Shown here: positions 1 to 5,555 of the stretch, piece after piece
How the letters are laid out: every line of letters begins with the position of its first letter
Numbering within the stretch: position 1 is the first letter of the stretch
DNA from: Patescibacteria group bacterium
Lineage (GTDB): Bacteria > Patescibacteriota > Minisyncoccia > UBA6257 > UBA9933
Reading direction: 5' to 3'
NCBI GenBank assembly: GCA_031432155.1
Contig: JASJPP010000028.1
Coordinates: 1-24,000 of the forward strand
DNA: 24,000 nt
Made by a program: the position numbers and the translations under genes
Notes under the pieces: generated by a model
What the model was told of the DNA's origin: nothing
Database searches by the model: none
What the model saw: the letters and a program-made list of their open reading frames with translations, nothing else

Positions 1-2
1 AG

Positions 3-25
3 CATCGTTATGACAACGATTTTTT
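3..25 (+). terminator. Weak intrinsic terminator candidate, probably ending an off-window upstream gene
   Basis: 6-bp stem ATCGTT/AACGAT (4-9 / 15-20) with a 5-nt loop, followed by a T6 run (20-25). Confidence 0.25.
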
Positions 26-87
26 GTCAAACGAATGGCGCGTTTGGATTGGAGAGAATATAGCGAATGTTTTTGATCAAAAACACG

Positions 88-104
88 ACCGGATCCGGTT
101 TTTT
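88..104. terminator. Palindrome ACCGGATCCGGT with flanking T runs; possible weak bidirectional terminator downstream of the minus-strand tRNA pair
   Basis: Only 4 bp can pair around a 4-nt loop. T6 follows on the plus strand; CGTG then T5 follows on the minus strand. Confidence 0.2.
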
Positions 105-173
105 GACGGAAAAAGTTTTTTGGTTGACGAATATATTTATTAGGCGGACAGCGTTCGCTTGAGAAATCCTTTC

Positions 174-263
174 TGGCGGAAGCGGGAGGATTCGAACCTC
201 CGATGCCGTTTCCGGCATACCGCATTTCGAGTGCGGCCCATTCAACCGCTCTGGCACGCTTCC
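174..263 (-). tRNA. tRNA-Ser (anticodon CGA), CCA encoded
   Basis: The reverse complement folds as a cloverleaf. Acceptor is GGAAGCG/CGCTTCC. Anticodon arm is CCGCA-CTCGAAA-TGCGG, T arm is GGAGG-TTCGAAT-CCTCC. A long variable arm (TATGCCGGAAACGGCATC) is typical of Ser, and the 3' end is GCCA. Confidence 0.85.
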
Positions 264-331
264 TTTGTCCTCGCGAGGAGCCCTGATAAAAATTTTTCTC
301 TTTTGCGCGCGGCGGGCTGAACTCGCAAATA

Positions 332-403
332 TGCCCTCGGAGAGAATCGAACTCCCATTTTCGCCTTAGGACGGCATTGTTCTGTCCATTGAACTACGAG
401 GGC
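332..403 (-). tRNA. tRNA-Arg (anticodon CCT), no encoded CCA
   Basis: The reverse complement is GCCCTCG..CGAGGGC-A. Anticodon loop is GTCCTAA, T arm is GGGAG-TTCGATT-CTCTC. The first anticodon-stem pair is a mismatch. Confidence 0.8.
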
Positions 404-419
404 CTCTTACGGTTTTAGC

Positions 420-467
420 TTATAATTTTTAGATTTTAGTTGCAAGATCACGTGTTTTTATTATAAA
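420..467 (+). promoter_or_regulatory. Candidate promoter region upstream of tRNA-Ala(GGC)
   Basis: TATAAT at 421-426 lies inside a 16-nt module that recurs at 8262-8277. A second candidate is TTGCAA (440-445), 16 nt spacer, TATAAA (462-467). TTGCAA is palindromic and could also serve the divergent minus-strand tRNAs. Confidence 0.35.
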
Positions 468-508
468 ATTATTGTCAGTCATAATTGTCAGTTGTCAGCC
501 GTAAATGA

Positions 509-579
509 GGGCCTATAGTAAAATGGTATTACGAGTCCATGGCATGGATTAGGTCGGGGTTCGATTCCCCGTAGGTCCA
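509..579 (+). tRNA. tRNA-Ala (anticodon GGC), no encoded CCA; integration target of the element
   Basis: Acceptor is GGGCCTA/TAGGTCC with the G3:U70 alanine identity pair. D stem is GTAA/TTAC. Anticodon arm is AGTCC-ATGGCAT-GGATT, T arm is CGGGG-TTCGATT-CCCCG. Confidence 0.85.
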
Positions 580-2175
580 CAATTCCGAATTTGAAGAAAG
601 ATTGACCTCGCCCGCGCCAAAGGCGCGGGCTCGGGCTGGTATTTCCGCCAAGTCCCGCCAAGGCATTTTGAAATCCGCCAAAAGCATTCCCGCCGCGAGG
701 CGGCGGTTCGAGCCGATGTCCACAAGAAAATCTTTCATCCCCGAAAGATTTTCTTGTTTAATGAGATTTCCGGCTTGGTTGGCTTCTAAAATCCAGTTCC
801 GCATGAGTTCGAGCCAATGATTGCCTTTGTGTTCAAAATCGCTCAATTTCTTTTCTAGTGTTCGTTTTTCCGCCGTCAGCGCGTTCTTGCGCTCCAAGTA
901 CTCGCCGAGTTCCAGTGCTTCGTTTAGGTACGCGTCTGTGAGGCGAGAGAGACGCGCTGAAACGGCGGAAATATCGTTTTTGAGATTTTGAACGAAAAGG
1001 TCTGATGAGTGGTGGACATCGGCGTTTTCGATTTCAAGTTTCTTGAGATATGCGTCCCGCCACTCATCAGGCAAAGAAACTTTTTGAACCATGTCTTGCA
1101 CTTGTCGTGTCAATTCTTTTTCCCGCAAAAAGCGAGTTTGCGAACATTTTTGAGTGTGGCTTTTGAAAGTGCAGTGGTAGTAGTGATAAACCAATCCACT
1201 TTTCTTTATCTTTCGCTCGGCAGTTATCGCGTAGCCGCACTCACCGCATACCGCGAATCCTTTGTACAGCAAACCTTTTTCTCCTCGCTTTTTTCGTGGC
1301 TTTCCATTGACGACAAGTGCCTCTTGGATTTTGTCAAAAAGTTTCTTTGAAATCATTGGCTTATGCGAACCTTGATGTACCTCGCCTCGGTACTGAAAGT
1401 GCCCGTAGTAAAAAGGATTTTTCAAAATATGTTCAACCGAGGCGAGTGCGAGAGGTTTACCACTTCGAGAGCCAACCAAGCCGAGAGAAAACATTTTGTG
1501 CTGAATTGTCGTGAGCGTAAATTGTCCCGTAGCAAAAGCCCCTAAACATTCTTTCACTTTGTTAAAAGTTTTCTTGTCAGGTTCAATCGTCCGAAGTCGT
1601 GGCTCGTTGAAATAACCAAGAGGGGCTTTTGCCGACAATTCACCACGGCGTATTTTTTGCCGAATACCGCGCAAAATGTTTTCTCTCAAATTGTCGGTGT
1701 AATATTTTGCTTGGCCGAAGGCGACACTCAACATAAATTTTCCTTGGGGTGTCGCCTCGAACCAAAATGTCGGGAATTTTAGCGCAACAATTTTTAGTGT
1801 ATCCACAAAATATATGACCTTTCCACCATCAATCGAATTTCTCGCCAAACGGTCTGGATTCCACGCTAAAATTCCCGAGGCAGAACCTTTTTCAATTTCG
1901 CCAAGCATTTCGTTAAAAACTTCACGACCAGGTTCTTTGGCAGTTTTACTCTCATAAAACTCTTTCACCACGAACAAATTTTGTTGCTTGGCGTATTCCC
2001 GAAGCTCATGAAGCTGTGCCTCAATACTTAAAACTTGGCGTTCTTCGTCCTCACTTGATTTTCTACAATATATAAAATATTTGATCATAGCTTCGGGAAT
2101 TAAATTGATAAAAGGTTTTGCATTACATCGACAATTTGTAATCTCATTATACATCGGCTCATGTGCCTTTGGCAC
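529..2175 (-). CDS. Large serine recombinase (integrase/invertase type)
   Basis: The N-terminal resolvase-type catalytic domain shows YCRKSSEDEERQVLSIEAQ and DRLARN. A recombinase domain follows, then a Cys-rich zinc ribbon (CGECGY...YYHCT...C) and a long predicted coiled coil. The ORF-track start at 2175 is GTG. ATG at 2088 (MIKYFIYCRKSS) is the more typical start. The 3' end reads through IR-A and the att core into the antisense of tRNA-Ala. Confidence 0.9.
   Translation of the reverse strand: MPKAHEPMYNEITNCRCNAKPFINLIPEAMIKYFIYCRKSSEDEERQVLSIEAQLHELREYAKQQNLFVVKEFYESKTAKEPGREVFNEMLGEIEKGSASGILAWNPDRLARNSIDGGKVIYFVDTLKIVALKFPTFWFEATPQGKFMLSVAFGQAKYYTDNLRENILRGIRQKIRRGELSAKAPLGYFNEPRLRTIEPDKKTFNKVKECLGAFATGQFTLTTIQHKMFSLGLVGSRSGKPLALASVEHILKNPFYYGHFQYRGEVHQGSHKPMISKKLFDKIQEALVVNGKPRKKRGEKGLLYKGFAVCGECGYAITAERKIKKSGLVYHYYHCTFKSHTQKCSQTRFLREKELTRQVQDMVQKVSLPDEWRDAYLKKLEIENADVHHSSDLFVQNLKNDISAVSARLSRLTDAYLNEALELGEYLERKNALTAEKRTLEKKLSDFEHKGNHWLELMRNWILEANQAGNLIKQENLSGMKDFLVDIGSNRRLAAGMLLADFKMPWRDLAEIPARARAFGAGEVNLSSNSELWTYGESNPDLIHAMDS
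557..601 (+). other. attL-like junction J1 (tRNA arm | CCACA | element arm A)
   Basis: The sequence is ..CCCCGTAGGT-CCACA-ATTCCGAATTTGAAGAAAG. The right half is identical to junction J2. The left half is the tRNA T/acceptor stem. Confidence 0.6.
577..709. repeat. IR-A, left arm (133 bp, perfect inverted repeat of 2195-2327)
   Basis: Base-by-base comparison with the reverse complement of 2195-2327 is identical from c577 to c709 and then diverges (GAGCCG versus CTCAAT). This is confirmed by identical translated segments RRLAAGMLLADFKMPWRDLAEIPARARAFGAGEVNLSSNSELW in ORFs 529..2175(-) and 2190..2375(+). Confidence 0.95.
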
Positions 2176-2194
2176 ATCTTAATCTTTGATTGAG

Positions 2195-2327
2195 GAACCG
2201 CCGCCTCGCGGCGGGAATGCTTTTGGCGGATTTCAAAATGCCTTGGCGGGACTTGGCGGAAATACCAGCCCGAGCCCGCGCCTTTGGCGCGGGCGAGGTC
2301 AATCTTTCTTCAAATTCGGAATTGTGG
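2195..2327. repeat. IR-A, right arm (133 bp, inverted copy of 577-709)
   Basis: See the left arm. It lies between the recombinase start and IR-B and would form the 5' UTR of a recombinase transcript started at the 2330-2338 promoter. Confidence 0.95.
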
Positions 2328-2347
2328 TCATTATACCAAAAAGTTCG
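2303..2347 (-). other. Internal attP-like composite junction J2 (arm B | CCACA | arm A), inverted relative to J1 and J3
   Basis: The reverse complement reads TTTTTGGTATAATGA-CCACA-ATTCCGAATTTGAAG. Its left half is identical to J3 and its right half is identical to J1. The two repeat families overlap by exactly the 5-bp core (TGTGG at 2323-2327). Confidence 0.55.
2330..2338 (-). promoter_or_regulatory. Extended -10 promoter (TGGTATAAT) pointing leftward through J2 and IR-A toward the recombinase gene
   Basis: The minus strand reads TGGTATAAT (TGnTATAAT consensus). The predicted start is about 7 nt downstream, which falls on the CCACA core. There is no good -35, which is acceptable for extended -10 promoters. 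Confidence 0.5.
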
Positions 2348-2660
2348 GACTCATTTCCAGCAGAACCCCGAATGATGTACCACGCGCGGAGCGCGTGGTG
2401 GCTCTGGCCAAAAAGCGTACGCTCCGAGAAAGCCCCACGCACTGGCGAGTACGCCAGCAACCCCGAAAGAAAAAACACTCCTTGCATTTCTGATTTGGCG
2501 GGGGTGAAATTTCTTTTGAAAAAGGAAAGGGTGTTTTTCTTTCGGGGTTCTGCCCTCCAAGTATTCGGGCAGTGCGTGGGGCTTCAATGCGGACTCGACA
2601 AAGCAAAAACTATTTTTGCGGGAGAAAAGGATTTTGCTTTGCCTCGACTTTTTTTGTTTT
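2339..2660 (+). ncRNA. Candidate structured RNA inside IR-B (copy 1); strand assigned only from terminator polarity
   Basis: Several perfect helices are present. 2379-2387/2391-2399 is 9 bp with a GGA loop. 2432-2444/2570-2582 is 13 bp and encloses three elements. These are 2444-2447/2452-2455, 2459-2478/2531-2549 (19 bp, one bulge) and 2550-2555/2567-2572. An alternative 12-bp pairing joins 2361-2372 and 2541-2552. The region ends in a hairpin plus T run. No known RNA family was recognised. Confidence 0.35.
2594..2660 (+). terminator. Intrinsic terminator-like hairpin plus T-rich run at the inner end of IR-B
   Basis: CAAAGCAAAA (2599-2608) pairs with TTTTGCTTTG (2632-2641). An extra TCGA pairing lies across a 2-nt bulge. 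TTTTTTTGTTTT follows at 2649-2660. The stem is AU-rich and the loop is long. Confidence 0.4.
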
Positions 2661-2744
2661 GGAGCGGGAGCGTTTCCGCCGCGCAGGAGGGCGCAGGAGG
2701 AATGCGCGGCGGATTTTACGATTACTGGAGAAAATCTTTTTTAC

Positions 2745-3722
2745 ATGATAATCTTGAAAGATATGAACGATGGTTATTATCGAAGAATAAATTTAGCTGG
2801 ATTATCCGTCGAAACCTGTACAGATAACTCCTTTGTAAATATAAGAGATTTTTTAGATAAATTTGCCGATGATAATCCAGATCAAGGTGAAAACCAAGAA
2901 CTCAAAATATTGTTCGCCAAGGGCAACAGAAAAATAGAACTATCGAGTGGATGGAATTCTTTATCTATCATTGGTGATGATATTGACGACTTACATAACC
3001 CATTTAATTTGATAGGAATTGCTCAAGCACTTTTCAGATTTGCCGCGATTCAACTTGCTCCAAAGGGAATATTTTTGTTACATGGTTCGACTACGGTCTT
3101 AGATGACAAAGCTATCTGTTTTGGGGACGATGGAAGCAGTACGGCCAAAACTCTTAGTTCTTTAGAAGTTGCTCTTGTTTCTAAACACTATGTCGCCGAT
3201 GAGTTTTGTTTTTTTAATTCTCAAACTAAAGAAGTCTCTGGCTATCGTTTTATACCAATTCATATAAGACCAGTGGTGAAAGAACATTTAGAAAAGTGCC
3301 ACGGATTTTCCTCTCCAAAAAGCTATTGTAGAAAGACGCTTGCCGGAGAATTTGTTGAGCAAGATAAATTGTTTACAACTATATCGGGTAAGTTAAAAAT
3401 GTTGGCTTATACTCATTTCTCAGAAAAGGACCCCGAGATTCAAAAATTATCAATACAAGAAGCAACAAAAGCGTTTGGTTTTTGTATAACTTCCCACGTG
3501 GCGAAATTACTCCATCCCAACTTTGATCGAATGCGGTTTTCGTCAATGACCGATACAGATGATGTAAAAATTATTAACGAAGAACTAGTGAGTGAAATAC
3601 TAGCCAAAATAACGAATGGTAACAAAATGCCCCCCGGAATTTTTGAAGAAATCCCTAGTTATAGATTAATCGTTTCTCAACCTTGCCAAATAATTGACTT
3701 GCTTAGAAAAGGAACTGACTGA
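2745..3722 (+). CDS. HPr-kinase-like (HprK-related) putative kinase, cargo gene
   Basis: The segment LHGSTTVLDDKAICFGDDGSSTAKTLSSLEVAL resembles the HprK C-terminal domain core (HG..V...G.G.L..G.SG.GKS), with a degenerate P-loop. The ORF-track start at 2616 is TTG inside IR-B and its terminator, so the first ATG outside the repeat (2745, or 2763) is preferred. Confidence 0.45.
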   Translation: MIILKDMNDGYYRRINLAGLSVETCTDNSFVNIRDFLDKFADDNPDQGENQELKILFAKGNRKIELSSGWNSLSIIGDDIDDLHNPFNLIGIAQALFRFAAIQLAPKGIFLLHGSTTVLDDKAICFGDDGSSTAKTLSSLEVALVSKHYVADEFCFFNSQTKEVSGYRFIPIHIRPVVKEHLEKCHGFSSPKSYCRKTLAGEFVEQDKLFTTISGKLKMLAYTHFSEKDPEIQKLSIQEATKAFGFCITSHVAKLLHPNFDRMRFSSMTDTDDVKIINEELVSEILAKITNGNKMPPGIFEEIPSYRLIVSQPCQIIDLLRKGTD

Positions 3723-4810
3723 GCGTTGTTCTAACAATAGCTTCATCAACATCATTTATAATTTCATATTTCCCAATTCTTTTTAGAATCACTAAATTGA
3801 TCCCTCCATTTACACTAATCTTATCTCTTTTTAAGAGATTGATGATCTGATCGATACTGGTGACATGCGGGAACTTCAACGGTAAATTTGCGGAAGCAAT
3901 CAAAGAATTTTGTAGCTCCAAATCATCCCTGTTTAGAATTCCGAGCTTATTACTTATCTCTCCGCTTATGCACATTCCCAGTGCAACCGCTTCCCCATGC
4001 CTAAAATTAAAATCCGATAGCCCTTCAAACGCGTTTGCAAAAGTATGTCCATAACTCAATCCTTTGTGAGCTCCAAGCTTATCGAATGGGTCTTTAGCAA
4101 CAATCTCGCTTTTGATCCTTAAGGATTCATAAATGACATGATCCCAATTGCAATTTTCCTGACCGTGGGGCACTGAAGACAATGTCGTCGATAAAGTCTT
4201 TGTTAGTTTTGGTGAATAAATAAGAGCATGTTTGATAATCTCGCTCAGTCCCAAACTTACTTCTTTTTCCGGTAATGATTGTAAGAAATTGGTGTCGCAG
4301 AAAGTAAAACGCGGAGAATAAAAACTGCCAATAATATTTTTAAGAAGCTTGTAGCTAATGGCGACTTTGTTGATTATTGTATCTCCTTGAGCCATTAAGG
4401 TCGTCGGGATAAAAACCATATCTACGCCCCTCATATAGACTGAAGCGAGGAAGCCCGGCAACATCTCCCACAATACCGCCCCCTATAGCGATTAAACAGC
4501 TATTTCTATTTAGTCTCGCCGCTACACACTTTTCAAGACATACATTTAAAAACTCAATGCTCTTATTCGCTTCTGTTGGCGTAACTAAAATTATTTCTAC
4601 TGGCTTCAGTTTGGTCTTTACTTCCGATAGAAAATCTCGGTAAAGGTCAGCGATATTGTGATCACAAAAAACAACGAACGAAGAATAATTATTTGAGGCA
4701 ATATTTTCAATTATCCATGAAGAAAAATTAGTGCCTATAAAAATATCCTGTCTTTTGTCAGGCAGAGATACTTTTAGATGTTTAATTGTTTTTTGATTTT
4801 TCGAAAACAT
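3703..4810 (-). pseudogene. 3-dehydroquinate-synthase-family sugar-phosphate cyclase, interrupted by a single-base frameshift near 4450-4460
   Basis: ORF 4355..4810 carries ..IAIGGGIVGDVAG. ORF 3703..4473 continues in another frame with FLASVYMRGVDMVFIPTTLMAQGD, KNIIGSFYSPRF..DTNFLQSLP, YGHTFANAFE and RHGEAVALGM. Together these are the DHQS family motifs in order. Removing one base in GCCGGGCTTC restores a ~369-aa protein. Confidence 0.75.
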
Positions 4811-5555
4811 AGCGCGTAAATTTTTCTATGTACTCATCAACCCTGCGAAAAATATCTAAAATTTCTTTATTGTCACTTAATTCATGCCATTGTTCAATAA
4901 TACGGAAATTGTCCTCAATCACTTCAAAATTAAAACCCGGAAATATCAGCTTTGCTTGATTCAAAACGTCATGATATTCTCCTTGAGAATTTCCTGTTGA
5001 GTATTGAACCGCCAACTTTGTGATTATTAAAGACGCCCGTATTTCTCTTTTCAACAACTCTTTCTTGTTTTTGTCAGTATATAAAGTCGTGGTTAGCGTC
5101 CTTCGGTTCCTTTTAAGAAACATTCCTATGTTGCTTAAACTATATTGTTTCAGGACATCAACATTTGGAGAATAGACCTTTTCGAGGTTAATTGTTTTGT
5201 GAAGATAAATAACTCTTTCAGGATATTTTTTTAAGTCAATAAGCGCTTGAAGCGTTTTACCTTCAAGTAAAATTTCTGGAAATTTCGGCGCTAAAAATTC
5301 TTCTTCGGTAATTACATTTATCCCATGGTGCAGTTTTGTATCATCTTCCAATTTTGCAATTACTCGAGCCAATCTCAATTTTGTGTCAAGATCAAGTTTG
5401 CGGACTACAATTAATAAATCGATATCACTCCATTCTTCTTTGAATGAGTCAGGGAAACTGCCCGCGAGGACTATCGCAACAAGGTTTTCGTTGAGGGCAT
5501 CGAATAATTTATTAACGATGCTCAATTTAATTTTGTTTGAATCTAAACCATTCAT
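4782..5555 (-). CDS. Pol-beta-superfamily nucleotidyltransferase with AadA/ANT-like architecture
   Basis: LVAIVLAGSFPDSFKEEWSDIDLLIVV matches the minimal NTase motif (hG[GS]x9-13DhD). It parallels AadA LLAVHLYGSAVDGGLKPHSDIDLLVTV. Total length is ~257 aa with a helical C-terminal domain. Start and stop overlap the neighbouring genes, suggesting translational coupling. Confidence 0.7.
   Translation of the reverse strand: MNGLDSNKIKLSIVNKLFDALNENLVAIVLAGSFPDSFKEEWSDIDLLIVVRKLDLDTKLRLARVIAKLEDDTKLHHGINVITEEEFLAPKFPEILLEGKTLQALIDLKKYPERVIYLHKTINLEKVYSPNVDVLKQYSLSNIGMFLKRNRRTLTTTLYTDKNKKELLKREIRASLIITKLAVQYSTGNSQGEYHDVLNQAKLIFPGFNFEVIEDNFRIIEQWHELSDNKEILDIFRRVDEYIEKFTRYVFEKSKNN

Larger units (their letters stand above)
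2323..2688. repeat. IR-B, left arm (366 bp, perfect inverted repeat of 7101-7466)
   Basis: Manual reverse-complement comparison is identical over the whole span (position p pairs with 9789-p). This is corroborated by identical ORF translations in three frames (2331..2606 = 7183..7458; 2351..2587 = 7202..7438; 2186..2827 overlaps 7025..7465). Confidence 0.95.

Noticed and set aside
27-257. 76-aa minus-strand ORF
   Set aside because: It overlaps tRNA-Ser(CGA) at 174-263 and low-complexity intergenic DNA. It has no motif and reads as a tRNA antisense artefact.
470-500. Triple TTGTCAG direct repeats (ATTGTCAGTCATAATTGTCAGTTGTCAGCC) just upstream of tRNA-Ala(GGC)
   Set aside because: They could be a regulator binding site, but the repeats are short and AT-rich, with no partner elsewhere in the window. 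The evidence is insufficient to call a feature.
2339-2660. Assignment of the repeat RNA to RNase P RNA, tmRNA, SRP/4.5S or 6S RNA
   Set aside because: I looked for hallmark strings: GGAAAGUCCGGGC and ACAGAA..GGCUUA for RNase P, a tRNA-Ala-like end and tag ORF for tmRNA, and the GGAA/AGCA domain IV for SRP. None was found. Two identical copies on a mobile element also argue against a housekeeping RNA. This is not conclusive without a covariance-model search.
2186-2827. ORFs inside the repeats, duplicated on both arms (2186..2827, 2190..2375, 2284..2493, 2299..2487, 2331..2606, 2351..2587, 7025..7465, 7183..7458, 7202..7438)
   Set aside because: They exist in several overlapping frames on both strands of a GC-rich, dyad-symmetry-dense segment. 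Their composition is Arg/Cys/Pro-rich and junk-like. Their duplication simply reflects the inverted repeat, so RNA or DNA structure explains the region better.
3703-4810. Treating 3703..4473 and 4355..4810 as two separate overlapping genes
   Set aside because: Together they reconstitute one DHQS-family protein, with motif order preserved across the frame change. The 119-nt overlap is the signature of a frameshift.
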